NCBI GenBank assembly: GCA_964574595.1
Contig: CAZNOF010000003.1
Coordinates: 9,715-73,714 of the forward strand
DNA from: an uncultured Pseudomonadales bacterium
Lineage (GTDB): Bacteria > Patescibacteriota > Microgenomatia > UBA1400 > PJMF01
Direction: 5' to 3'
DNA length: 64,000 nt
The translations under genes and the position numbers were made by a program. The notes beneath the pieces are model-generated. The model saw only the letters and a list, made by a program, of their open reading frames with translations, was not told the DNA's origin and searched no databases. This document shows positions 8,059 through 17,885 of the stretch, piece by piece (within the stretch, counting starts at the first letter, position 1; the number at the start of each line of letters is the position of its first letter).

Positions 8059-10425
8059 TTGATTATGACTTGGCATAAATTAATTCAGCAAAAAAAACAA
8101 AAAAAAGGTACTGCTACAAAAAAGCCCTTGCCTAAAATTTTGCGGATTCTCTTCTTTCCCTTTACCAACAAATACTTGCGAATCATCCTACTGATTCTGG
8201 TCGTCTTGTTTATTGCCTTACTCGCCTACACCTTAAAAGACTTACCATCTGCCGGAACATTAGGATCTGGAGACAAATTTGCGGTCAGTAGTCATATTGT
8301 CGATCGCAACGGCAAAGAACTCTACGAGATTTTTGCTGACGAAAATCGAACACCAATTAAAATTGATGACCTGCCTCCATATGTATATCAGGCAAGTGTC
8401 TCAATTGAAGATCGCTACTTCTTCCATCACTTTGGCTTTGACTTTATTGGTATCTCTCGCGCCGCCTACACAACTTTAACTGGGGGTAGATTAGAGGGTG
8501 GCTCTACGATCACCCAACAGCTTGTCAAAAATGCACTCTTAACCCGGGAACGAAGCTGGGAACGAAAAGCCAAAGAAGCCGTCTTAACCGTGGCTACGGA
8601 ATTGCTCTACTCAAAAATGCAAATTTTGGAAATGTATTTAAACTATATTCCATACGGGGGAACGGCAGTAGGTATCGAGTCTGCTTCTCAAAGATACTTT
8701 GACAAACACGCGAAAGATCTTGATTTAGCTGAAGCGGCCATGTTGGCAGGCTTACCTCAATCGCCATCTCAATACTCGCCATTTGGTTCAAATCCTGAAG
8801 CCGGGAAACTGCGTCAAGCTGAAGTGCTCCGGAGAATGGTCGAAGATAAGTACATTACTCAAGCTCAAGCTGATCAAGCAAAAAATGAAGTTCTCCACTT
8901 TGCTTTATCCCGAACAGATATTAAAGCTCCTCACTTTGTGTTCTATGTCAAAGATTTGCTTATTCAAAAGTATGGGATTGATAAAGTAGAAAAAGGTGGC
9001 CTACGAGTTACCACTTCACTTGATTTAGATATTCAGAACACCGCCCAAGCTTCACTTTCTGCTGAAGTGACGAAACTCAAAAACCTACGGGTGGGCAACG
9101 GTGCCGCAATGGTAGTTAAACCAAACACTGGCGAGATTTTAGCCATGATCGGTTCCAAAGATTACTTTGACACGGAAGAAGATGGTCAAGTCAATGTTAC
9201 CATCGCTCAACGACAACCGGGATCTTCTATTAAGCCGATCATGTATGCCACGGCTTTTCAAAATAAATTACTGAATCCTGGCACATATTTGCTTGATATA
9301 CCAACCTGTTTTGTAGTGGCTGGACAAAAAGATTACTGTCCGAAAAACTATGATGGTTCATTTCACGGTCCAATCGCCATTAGACCATCATTAGGTAACT
9401 CTTTAAATATTCCAGCGGTCAAATCCTTGAAGATGATTGGCGTTCAGAACTTTATTCAACAAGCAAACAAAATGGGTATTACTTCCTGGACTGATCCTTC
9501 TAAATATGGCTTATCACTGACTTTGGGTGGTGGCGAAGTCAGGATGATCGATATGGCGCAAGCCTTCTCCGTCATTGCAAATGAAGGCGTAAAAGTACCA
9601 TTAACCCCTATTTTGAAAGTTGAAGATTACCGAGGAAATGTATTGGATAGTGTCGATGTAGAGCAACGAAAAGCCGATTTAAAATCTATGACAGAAGACG
9701 ACTCTCAGTCGTCACTGAACGCCTTGCAAAGAGTGATGGATCGGGCACCTGCCTATTTGACAGCGCACATTATGCAAGACAACTCGGCTAGAACGATGGC
9801 TTTTGGTCCAAGCTCAAAATTAGTCATTCCAAAACAGATCGTGTCAGTTAAAACTGGAACTACAAATGACTTAAAAGATAACTGGACAGTTGGCTTTACT
9901 CCAGAGTTCTTGACTATTACTTGGGTGGGAAATAATGACGACACCGCTATGAATCAAGCGCTGGTATCTGGTATTACTGGAGCAGCACCTATTTGGAATG
10001 ACATCATGTCCTTCATCTTGAAAGATAAACAACCACTTTGGCAAGAAAAACCCGATGATGTAGCTTCAGCCCAAGTCTGCGTCAACGGCTTTCCACCTAA
10101 CGCATCAGGCAGTGCCACATTATCTGATCCAAACTGCCAGCCCAAAGGACAGGATCTGTATTGGACAAAATCAAACCCATCTAGTTCAAAATTCGAGACG
10201 AAGAATATTTGGATTCACAACGACACCGGAATCCCCTTCAAATCAGGAGACTCAACTGATAACTTATCACTACAGTCAAAGACCATTTTGAGTGACCCCG
10301 TCACCGGCGAGTACTGCTCAGACTGTACGCAACCTCTTGACGATAAAGGGAAACCAACTTACAGTCCTGGAGCACTTATTGATGACACGCAAAATCCGAC
10401 AAACACTCCACCACCTCAACAATAA
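8059..10425 (+). CDS. Class A penicillin-binding protein (PBP1A-type transglycosylase/transpeptidase), paralog 1
   Basis: GT51 motifs (EDRYFFHHFG, GGSTITQQLVKN) followed by transpeptidase SxxK (GSSIKP) and KTGTT motifs; N-terminal TM anchor. Confidence 0.9.
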   Translation: MIMTWHKLIQQKKQKKGTATKKPLPKILRILFFPFTNKYLRIILLILVVLFIALLAYTLKDLPSAGTLGSGDKFAVSSHIVDRNGKELYEIFADENRTPIKIDDLPPYVYQASVSIEDRYFFHHFGFDFIGISRAAYTTLTGGRLEGGSTITQQLVKNALLTRERSWERKAKEAVLTVATELLYSKMQILEMYLNYIPYGGTAVGIESASQRYFDKHAKDLDLAEAAMLAGLPQSPSQYSPFGSNPEAGKLRQAEVLRRMVEDKYITQAQADQAKNEVLHFALSRTDIKAPHFVFYVKDLLIQKYGIDKVEKGGLRVTTSLDLDIQNTAQASLSAEVTKLKNLRVGNGAAMVVKPNTGEILAMIGSKDYFDTEEDGQVNVTIAQRQPGSSIKPIMYATAFQNKLLNPGTYLLDIPTCFVVAGQKDYCPKNYDGSFHGPIAIRPSLGNSLNIPAVKSLKMIGVQNFIQQANKMGITSWTDPSKYGLSLTLGGGEVRMIDMAQAFSVIANEGVKVPLTPILKVEDYRGNVLDSVDVEQRKADLKSMTEDDSQSSLNALQRVMDRAPAYLTAHIMQDNSARTMAFGPSSKLVIPKQIVSVKTGTTNDLKDNWTVGFTPEFLTITWVGNNDDTAMNQALVSGITGAAPIWNDIMSFILKDKQPLWQEKPDDVASAQVCVNGFPPNASGSATLSDPNCQPKGQDLYWTKSNPSSSKFETKNIWIHNDTGIPFKSGDSTDNLSLQSKTILSDPVTGEYCSDCTQPLDDKGKPTYSPGALIDDTQNPTNTPPPQQ

Positions 10426-11614
10426 AAAGAAACTTGGACTTTTCTTCTTGATTTTTGGTCTGATTAGTTTGGTTGCTGGTGTGATTTGGTTTAGTAATCA
10501 AAAAACTCCCCTTATTTCTCCAATTACCAAAAACAGCTCGTTCCAGTTTTTATTCAATACGGAAGATGAGAATGCACATGCCAAGCGTGTTGTCTATGGA
10601 TTTTTGCCATATTGGAATCTCAGTAAATTTACTCTTCAGCCAGAAACTACGCATTTATCTTATTTTTCGCTAGCTATTGGTAGTGACGGCTCAATCCTGA
10701 CTAAATCAGGCGGTGAAACCGAGCAAGGGTACTTGAAACTCGGCAGTGATGAGGTGCTGTCATTTTTCAATCAACAGAAAGAACAAAAAGGTCGCGTCGA
10801 TTTGACATTTACCCAATTTGACAATGATGACATCTATAACTTTTTAGCATCGCCAAACGCTCATCAAAAATTCTTAACCAGTCTCGACTCGGTTTTAGAA
10901 GCCTACCCCATTGATGGCATCAATATTGATATTGAATACTCCGGTGAAATTTCGCCACAAATTCGAACTAACATGGTCACATTTATGACCACCCTTAGAC
11001 AACACCTCAACCAAAAGAAAAATCGCCCTCAGCTCTCAATCGATATGTACGTGAGTGGAGCTACCAAGTATTACATCTGGGACGTAGCGGCAATTCAACA
11101 ACAAGTAGACTACATTATTGTGATGGCGTATGACTTTCATCGGAAGTCCTCCCCAGCGGCAGGGCCAGTGGCTCCACTGTTTGGCGGCAAAAAACTTTGG
11201 GACTCAGACATCACCCAGTATTTGAAAGATTTTGTGGCACAAGTACCAGATCAGAAAAAGATATTACTTGGCATTCCCTTCTATGGATACGAATGGCAAA
11301 CGATTTCTTCAGACAGCCAGGCAGCCACTTTCCCAGACACGGGGTCCACTGCTACTTTAAGCCGTGTGGAAGACCTGTTGAATAATAAAGCAGCAAACGA
11401 TGTTCATGAGTACTGGAATGAAGATGCTCTGTCACCTTACTTGTCGTACAAGAAGGACAAAGAGACGCACATCATTTACTACGAAAACTCACGTTCAATT
11501 TCCTATAAATTGGACCTCGTGAACCAATTAGACTTAGGTGGGATTGCGATTTGGTCATTAGGCTACGAGGGAAATTCTCGCGACCTGTGGGACGTTATTC
11601 ATCGCAAGATATAA
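10382..11614 (+). CDS. Glycoside hydrolase family 18 domain protein (YaaH/SleL-like putative peptidoglycan hydrolase), membrane-anchored
   Basis: Catalytic-region motif DGINIDIEYS (DxxNxDxE variant of the GH18 DxxDxDxE motif), N-terminal TM segment. Start trimmed to ATG 10382, which still overlaps the PBP 3' end by 44 nt; the exact start is uncertain. Confidence 0.55.
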   Translation: MTRKIRQTLHHLNNKKKLGLFFLIFGLISLVAGVIWFSNQKTPLISPITKNSSFQFLFNTEDENAHAKRVVYGFLPYWNLSKFTLQPETTHLSYFSLAIGSDGSILTKSGGETEQGYLKLGSDEVLSFFNQQKEQKGRVDLTFTQFDNDDIYNFLASPNAHQKFLTSLDSVLEAYPIDGINIDIEYSGEISPQIRTNMVTFMTTLRQHLNQKKNRPQLSIDMYVSGATKYYIWDVAAIQQQVDYIIVMAYDFHRKSSPAAGPVAPLFGGKKLWDSDITQYLKDFVAQVPDQKKILLGIPFYGYEWQTISSDSQAATFPDTGSTATLSRVEDLLNNKAANDVHEYWNEDALSPYLSYKKDKETHIIYYENSRSISYKLDLVNQLDLGGIAIWSLGYEGNSRDLWDVIHRKI

Positions 11615-11663
11615 CATGCAATTGTCGCACCTATTTTGATATGGTAGTATCGCGACACAAGGC

Positions 11664-14066
11664 ATGTCAGCGACCCATTCCAAAAGTGTTATCGTTTATG
11701 AACACCTCCCCACTCCGGGCTGGTATCGTTTTGCCAAATGGATCTTAAAAAGAATCTATGCGATGGGTCGACCATTTCGAGATTACCGAGATACTCAAGA
11801 AGAAAAAGCAGCTGAAAAATTAGCTCGCCAAAGAAAGAAGGAAGTTGCCGAAGCGAAGGCTCGAGCAGAGGCTAGACGAACTGCCCCCAGACCCCTCAGA
11901 TTACCCGCCAACTATCCCAGTATTTTAGGCTTCTTGTTCAACGATCTTATCTCTCCCTTTCTTTATGTTTTTTGGTACCACCCAATCATTACATTTACCT
12001 GTATCTTTTTCAGTGTCTTTATTCTGGGTGGATCGTGGTGGACCTACGACACTGTCTTTAAAGATTTACCGTCTATTAGCCAGATAAATCAACGCAAACA
12101 GATTTTGACAACGAAAATTGAAGATCGAAACGGCAAGCTCCTCTACAGCATTTACAAAGATCAAAACCGCACGCTCATCCCTTTGTCCCGCGTTCCTCTT
12201 GCTGCCCGTTACGCCACGATTGCGATTGAAGATAAAGAGTTTTATTCCCACCATGGTTTTTCGATCAGTGGTATCGTTCGGGCAATTGGCGCAGATCTAC
12301 AAAGTGATAAAGCTCAAGGTGGATCAACCATCACCCAACAGCTCGTCAAACAAACGCTGCTGTCTCCTGAAAAAACATTCAAGCGGAAGATTCGCGAACT
12401 CCTACTATCATTCTTAATGGAGAAAACATACACCAAGGATGAAATTCTGGAAATGTACTTTAATGAAACTCCCTATGGCGGTTCTACCTATGGCATTGAA
12501 GAGGCTGCTCAGCGCTACTTTGGCAAACCCGCCTATAAACTTGACTTGGCCGAATCTAGTTATCTTGCTGGACTACCGGCTGCCCCATCTGCCTATTCAC
12601 CATATGGTCCAAGTCCTAACCTTGGGTTTGCTAGACAGCGAGAAGTGTTAAGAAGAATGGTTGAAGATAAATACATTACCGCCTCACAATCGGCCCAAGC
12701 TCAAGCACAGCAACTGACGTTCAAATCGGATACCACCAACATTCAAGCACCTCACTTTGTGATGTACGTCAGAAATCTGCTAGCCCAGGAGTATGGAGAG
12801 GACGGTGTGAACCAGGGTGGTCTTGAAGTCAGAACAACGCTGGATCTTGATACCCAAAATACCACTCAACAAATCGTCACTGAAGAAGTGGCGAAGCTGG
12901 CGCCCATGCACATTTCAAATGGTGCAGCTTTAATGACAAATCCGCAAACTGGTGAAATTCTGGCCATGGTTGGCTCAAAAAACTACTTTGATGTCAAAAA
13001 CGATGGACAAGTAAATGTGACACTTTCAGAAAGGCAGCCAGGATCCTCAATTAAACCGCTCACCTACTCAATTGCCCTGTCACGAGGCATGACACCATCA
13101 AGCATGATTTTGGATGAACCTATTACCTATAACATACCTGGCTCACCGTCCTATACGCCAAAAAACTACGATGGCAAATATCACGGTAATGTTACTCTGA
13201 GAACCTCACTCGCCTCTTCTTACAATATTCCAGCGGTAAAAACGCTGGCAGAGATCGGCATTCCAGATGAAGTTGCTAAAGCTAAGGAGTTTGGTATCTC
13301 CACTTGGGATGACTCCAGCCGATTTGGTTTGTCACTCACCCTGGGAGCTGGTGAAGTTTTAATGACTGATATGAATCAACTCTATGGCACGTTTGCTACG
13401 TATGGAGAAACCGTAAAATTGAATCCGATTCTAGAAATAAAGAATAATAAAGGTGAAGAGATTTATCGAAATACCTGTGCCTTAGATAATAAAGGCTGTC
13501 CAAGCACAAGAACTCTTGATCCCAAAGTGGCATACCAAATCACTGATATTCTGTCTGACAATCAGGCTAGGAGCCCCGCTTTTGGCCTTCGATCAGTGCT
13601 CTACATTCCCAATCAACAAGTGGCGGTAAAAACCGGCACCACCAACAGCATGCGAGACAACTGGACGTTTGGGTACACCACAGACAGAGTTGTGGGTGTT
13701 TGGGTTGGAAACAATGACAACTCCCCAATGAGTTACGTTGCTTCTGGTATCACTGGTGCGTCGCCTATTTGGAATAAAATTATTCGAACACAACTCGATG
13801 ATGATCACCCATTCGTCTTCCCAGTTCCAGAAGGACTTATTAAAGTTAAGATCTGTGGCAGAACAGGTACGCTAGCCTGCGCCGCTTGTCCAGATAATAA
13901 AGAAGAACTATTTACGCCTGGAACTGAGCCTACTGTTAGCTGCGATAATATGAGCATTCCTTCAAGCACACCGGCGCCAACCTTAAAACCCACACCAATT
14001 CCTTCGCCAAAACCAAGCCCCAAACCTGTGGTTAAACCAAGAACGCCAATTCGACGCAAAATGTAA
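11664..14066 (+). CDS. Class A penicillin-binding protein (PBP1A-type), paralog 2, with charged cytoplasmic N-extension and Pro-rich C-tail
   Basis: GT51 motifs (EDKEFYSHHGF, GGSTITQQLVKQ), SxxK (GSSIKP) and KTGTTNS; C-terminal PTPIPSPKPSPKPVVKP. Confidence 0.9.
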   Translation: MSATHSKSVIVYEHLPTPGWYRFAKWILKRIYAMGRPFRDYRDTQEEKAAEKLARQRKKEVAEAKARAEARRTAPRPLRLPANYPSILGFLFNDLISPFLYVFWYHPIITFTCIFFSVFILGGSWWTYDTVFKDLPSISQINQRKQILTTKIEDRNGKLLYSIYKDQNRTLIPLSRVPLAARYATIAIEDKEFYSHHGFSISGIVRAIGADLQSDKAQGGSTITQQLVKQTLLSPEKTFKRKIRELLLSFLMEKTYTKDEILEMYFNETPYGGSTYGIEEAAQRYFGKPAYKLDLAESSYLAGLPAAPSAYSPYGPSPNLGFARQREVLRRMVEDKYITASQSAQAQAQQLTFKSDTTNIQAPHFVMYVRNLLAQEYGEDGVNQGGLEVRTTLDLDTQNTTQQIVTEEVAKLAPMHISNGAALMTNPQTGEILAMVGSKNYFDVKNDGQVNVTLSERQPGSSIKPLTYSIALSRGMTPSSMILDEPITYNIPGSPSYTPKNYDGKYHGNVTLRTSLASSYNIPAVKTLAEIGIPDEVAKAKEFGISTWDDSSRFGLSLTLGAGEVLMTDMNQLYGTFATYGETVKLNPILEIKNNKGEEIYRNTCALDNKGCPSTRTLDPKVAYQITDILSDNQARSPAFGLRSVLYIPNQQVAVKTGTTNSMRDNWTFGYTTDRVVGVWVGNNDNSPMSYVASGITGASPIWNKIIRTQLDDDHPFVFPVPEGLIKVKICGRTGTLACAACPDNKEELFTPGTEPTVSCDNMSIPSSTPAPTLKPTPIPSPKPSPKPVVKPRTPIRRKM

Positions 14067-14068
14067 AA

Positions 14069-14335
14069 TTATTTAGAGAATTTCCAAATTAACAGGGAAA
14101 TGAAAATGGTAATTAGGAGTAAGATTGGAGCGACAAATCGCTGTCTTCGTTGAGAAATACGTTGTTGTTCTTTAAGAAATTTTCGTTCTTCGCGCTCTTG
14201 TTTTTTGCGTAGTTTTTCAGCCTCAATCTCTTCTGTAGAAAGCTGGACTTCCTCAGCTAATTGTTCTTCTGGAGTTGGTTCTTCTTTTTCTTTTTTTCTT
14301 CTAAACATGTTGAATATCTTTTGCCTTTGAGACAA
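14069..14335 (-). CDS. small tail-anchored membrane protein (charged coiled-coil N-region, C-terminal TM)
   Basis: 88-aa ORF; KE-rich region then ILLLITIFISLLIW. Confidence 0.35.
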   Translation of the reverse strand: MSQRQKIFNMFRRKKEKEEPTPEEQLAEEVQLSTEEIEAEKLRKKQEREERKFLKEQQRISQRRQRFVAPILLLITIFISLLIWKFSK

Positions 14336-14990
14336 TTAAGTTTACAACTTCATCAATCGATAAGTCACTCGTATCTATTACCCAGGCATCCTCAGTTACA
14401 TGCAGTGGATCGACAGCTCGTTCCATATCTCGTTTGTCTCGCTCAATAAGGTCATTATAAACACCTTGGAAGGTCACGTCTTGCCCTTTTGATTGGAGCT
14501 CCACAAGTCGACGCTTAGCACGGGTTTCATCACTAGCAGTCAAGAAAATTTTCAATTGAGCATTTGGTAATACTCTAAACGTAATATCTCGCCCCTCCAT
14601 TACCACGTCTTGAGCGGCAGCAATTTGTTGTTGTTTTTTGACTAGCTCTTGTCGAACTTTCTTCAAAACAGCCACTTTGGATGAACCTTGACCCACTTTT
14701 TCGGTGCGGATTTTCCAGGAGACATCCTCATCATTCAAGAGAACCGTGGTTAAACGACCGTCTTTCTCTTTTTCAGCTGGATTTCTCATCTCAATTCGTG
14801 AATCTTGAATTGCTGTAACTAATGCGTCTTCATCTTCAAAGGGAATGTTTTTTTGTATAGCAATTAAGGCTGTGACTCGGTACATGGCTCCGGTATCGAC
14901 ATACAACAGGTTTAGCCGTTGAGCTGTTAATCGAGCAACTGTACCTTTACCAGCTGCAACAGGACCATCCATTGCGATTTGAAATGACAT
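14301..14990 (-). CDS. cmk: Cytidylate kinase (bacterial type)
   Basis: MSFQIAMDGPVAAGKGTVARLTAQRLNLLYVDTGAMYR matches the Cmk N-terminus. Start trimmed to the internal ATG (14990) so it does not overlap the small ORF 15004-15198. Confidence 0.85.
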   Translation of the reverse strand: MSFQIAMDGPVAAGKGTVARLTAQRLNLLYVDTGAMYRVTALIAIQKNIPFEDEDALVTAIQDSRIEMRNPAEKEKDGRLTTVLLNDEDVSWKIRTEKVGQGSSKVAVLKKVRQELVKKQQQIAAAQDVVMEGRDITFRVLPNAQLKIFLTASDETRAKRRLVELQSKGQDVTFQGVYNDLIERDKRDMERAVDPLHVTEDAWVIDTSDLSIDEVVNLIVSKAKDIQHV

Positions 14991-15003
14991 GAGTGAAGAC
15001 TTT

Positions 15004-15198
15004 CTATTTTTTCTTTTGTGATTTTGGTTTTGACAACCACTCTTCTTGATCATTTGTGATCAATCCACCCAATCCTACCACAATTAAAATTATTGGCCAG
15101 AGACTCCACATGGCTGCTGGTAAAAGTCCTAAATTTGAAGCTAAGAAAATGAGACCCATCGCGATCATGGCTAGTGGCCAAAAAGTTCTTTTAGGCAT
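15004..15198 (-). CDS. small membrane protein (2 TM, 64 aa)
   Basis: Two hydrophobic helices; no homology recognisable. Confidence 0.3.
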   Translation of the reverse strand: MPKRTFWPLAMIAMGLIFLASNLGLLPAAMWSLWPIILIVVGLGGLITNDQEEWLSKPKSQKKK

Positions 15199-15263
15199 AT
15201 ATCCTCCTGATATTGAATATGATCATTATTGACTTAATGAAATTATTTTTCAAGTCAAGCAAT

Positions 15264-15696
15264 TTAGTGCATTCGGACTTTGCCCCGCAGTTCGCGCTGA
15301 ACATCTCGTTCCACAGCCTTTTTCTTCAGCTCGGCGCGGCGTTCATACTCTTTTTTGCCTTTGGCGACAGCAATCTTTAATTTGATTTTATTATCGAGTA
15401 ATTCAAAGGTTAGCGGAATGATTGCCAAACCCTTGACTGCAATCTGCTCCAGCAGCTCATTAATTTCTTTTCGTTTTAGAAGCAATTTGCGCGTTTGTTT
15501 TGGATCGTAATCGTGATTATCAGCAAATTTGTATGGAGTGATTTGAGCATTCAGTAATTTTGACAAAACTTCCCGTAAAGCTGCCACTCTTATTTCTGAG
15601 ACTTTTGACCTCACCACCCGTCAAAACAATCCCCGCCATCATGGTGTGGAGAACTTCATAATCCTGTCTAGCTTTTCGATTTTCTAATAGCAGCAT
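15264..15696 (-). CDS. smpB: SsrA-binding protein SmpB, reading frame interrupted (N-terminal ~58 codons from ATG 15696 in one frame, C-terminal 117 codons 15617-15264 in another)
   Basis: Frame from 15696 translates MLLLENRKARQDYEVLHTMMAGIVLTGGEVKSLRNKSGSFTGSFVKI (SmpB N-terminal consensus NKKARHDY...GIVLTGTEVKSLR). ORF-track frame translates ...NAQITPYKFADNHDYDPKQTRKLLLKRKEI...AKGKKEYERR (SmpB C-terminal consensus). The frames overlap at 15520-15617. Confidence 0.7.
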
Positions 15697-15710
15697 AGTT
15701 GGATTATAGC

Positions 15711-17585
15711 TTACAAATCGATCTGGAAGATTAACGCTCCACTTAAGACATAGCCTTTTTTGGTTTTTTCATTGGCTACCAGGCTAGTTGTGGTGGCTAA
15801 AGTTGGACTTTTGATCTCTCTTTGAAAGACACCTTCTTTGTTTAGGACGACCACTCTCTCCTTGGCTGGTTCCAGCACATACAGGTTCGATAAGCCTTCT
15901 TGAGTGAAAATCGTAATTGGGTTAGAAAAGGCCTCTTTGAGTCCAGTGATCGAAAAGTCAGATTGAGTGCCAGTCGTAAACTTCTTAATCTCGCCTGTTT
16001 TGGTACCTATCCAGACATCTCCATCAATTGCAAATGACTGAATTTGATTCAGATCAAAAACAATTGGTTGATGTAGCCAGCCAATTGGATCGGTAAGCGT
16101 GTCCTTTTTCGTATCATCCGGGGAGTAACGAAAGATATTATTTTGAGCAATACTAATCACGTAAATATACTGCTGATACGTACGCATTCCCGTCGCATTC
16201 TGCAATAAGTCGTTATTCTCTCTCAAAAGTTTAATATCTTGTGAGTTTGCTAAGTTGATTCGAAACAAACCATTTCCCATCACATAGGCATTTTGGCCTT
16301 GAATTTCAATATCTTTCATCTGAGCCGCATCACCAGTTGGAATATCGGTCCACTGTTTGGTATTTGTGTCGAGGGCAATGATTTTCCCTTGACCACTATC
16401 TAGGAATAACAACGTGTTGTCCTGAACAGCCATTCTGTTGGCAATAAAGTCAGATTTGACTAAGCGAAGATCATAAAATGGTTGCAAGACTGGAAACTCA
16501 TCAAGTCCCGAAATACTGGTGTAATAGTTTTTGACAGAGGTAAGTTCTGTTTGGAGGGCTGCAACTGTTGTTTTGCGGGAAGACTCTTGCTTGATTTTGC
16601 CATCAAGCAACACAATCAAGTCTTCAGTTTGTTGACGAGCCTGAACTGGATTCGTTTTAATCGTTTCCTTAATCTGAGCGAGTTGCGTTTCAATTGGTTG
16701 AATAATACCTTGGGCTCTCTTCAGTTCTTGTTGGCGTTGGACATTTTGGTAGACGAAGAAAGCGGTGATCGCCACAATCAGAATCAGTACTGGAATCGCA
16801 ATTCGAATCATCTGCTTGGTGGCTTGTCGGCGGACATAAACATCTTTAGAAAAAAACGAGCCAACTGTCTGTTTTAAGGAAATCACTGCACCTACCGCCG
16901 TTTTAAATACCATTGGTGAAGTTTGAATTTGTGGTTGAACTGGCACTTCAAACTTTTCGGGGGTGACTGCATCACCATCAGCAATAATTTGAGAGGCAGT
17001 TAATGGCGGTTCAGCTTGATCTCCGCTCGCCATTTGCAGCTCGACTAAAAGCGCTTGTGTGGTTGGGGATTCAAGTTGACGTAGTGACTTGGTGACATCA
17101 CTTTCCAAGGCATCAATTTTCCTGGCTTTTGGCAACTGCGCCTCTATGACTGGCACAGCAGCACTGGCTGAGCTCAAAACAAACACAAAGACATCATCGA
17201 GTTGCAGCTTGCCTTCGATAATTTTGAGTTCTTCTGTCGCAGTCAAGATTTGGCCTACTTTGAGCGTTCTTTTCAGTAGGACGGTTGAGTCAATAGCACA
17301 AACACTACAACGGTGCGCATCAAAATCAAAAAAACCAGCCACTAACTCGATATGCAAGTTTGCAGACTCAGCAGCTTGAACAGCTTCCTGACAAATTTGA
17401 TGTAACTCAAGAGCAGAATGGATTGATGAATTAGTTAAAAGTGTTGAAAACTCCGAACGATACTGGAGAGCTTTGTCACCGGAAATCGAGAGACAAAAAT
17501 AGGTTTTGCCGACTGAGTCGCTCAAAAATTCTGCCCAGCTCTGCGGCTGCGCGTAACCGAAAACTGGCGAAAAAGTAACCTTCAT
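15711..17585 (-). CDS. hypothetical bitopic membrane protein (cytoplasmic N-domain, single TM, extracytoplasmic beta-rich C-domain)
   Basis: 624 aa; TM IRIAIPVLILIVAITAFFVY near the middle; C-terminal half rich in repeated beta-strand-like segments (possible beta-propeller). Confidence 0.45.
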   Translation of the reverse strand: MKVTFSPVFGYAQPQSWAEFLSDSVGKTYFCLSISGDKALQYRSEFSTLLTNSSIHSALELHQICQEAVQAAESANLHIELVAGFFDFDAHRCSVCAIDSTVLLKRTLKVGQILTATEELKIIEGKLQLDDVFVFVLSSASAAVPVIEAQLPKARKIDALESDVTKSLRQLESPTTQALLVELQMASGDQAEPPLTASQIIADGDAVTPEKFEVPVQPQIQTSPMVFKTAVGAVISLKQTVGSFFSKDVYVRRQATKQMIRIAIPVLILIVAITAFFVYQNVQRQQELKRAQGIIQPIETQLAQIKETIKTNPVQARQQTEDLIVLLDGKIKQESSRKTTVAALQTELTSVKNYYTSISGLDEFPVLQPFYDLRLVKSDFIANRMAVQDNTLLFLDSGQGKIIALDTNTKQWTDIPTGDAAQMKDIEIQGQNAYVMGNGLFRINLANSQDIKLLRENNDLLQNATGMRTYQQYIYVISIAQNNIFRYSPDDTKKDTLTDPIGWLHQPIVFDLNQIQSFAIDGDVWIGTKTGEIKKFTTGTQSDFSITGLKEAFSNPITIFTQEGLSNLYVLEPAKERVVVLNKEGVFQREIKSPTLATTTSLVANEKTKKGYVLSGALIFQIDL

Positions 17586-17639
17586 TCTGTTGATTGTAAC
17601 ATGATCTGAAAAACTACTGCAGAGCTGAAGAGCCCGTAA

Positions 17640-17885
17640 TTAACGTAAGAAAGTGAAGGTAAAAACGAAGGCACCAATCGCCATTAACAAATGGAGGTAG
17701 CCCAATAGTTGAATCAATGGAGACAACGGCGTAATGACGGTCTTGCCCATGTTATCAATTTGACGTGCAGCGATAAAAGCAAAAATAACGTACAGACCAA
17801 AGCCAAGTAAAAACATTGCTTTAATAAACAAAAAGACTACAAGACTAATATTGGCGCCAGTAATTAAAGAAAGATCAAAGACCAT
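17640..17885 (-). CDS. small membrane protein (81 aa, 3 TM)
   Basis: Hydrophobic ORF immediately downstream of the bPH gene. Confidence 0.3.
   Translation of the reverse strand: MVFDLSLITGANISLVVFLFIKAMFLLGFGLYVIFAFIAARQIDNMGKTVITPLSPLIQLLGYLHLLMAIGAFVFTFTFLR

Noticed and set aside
10292-10381. N-terminal extension of the GH18 ORF overlapping the last 134 nt of PBP1
   Set aside because: The extension has no features and the in-frame ATG at 10382 gives a typical basic N-terminus plus TM; the overlap is still 44 nt, so the start remains uncertain.
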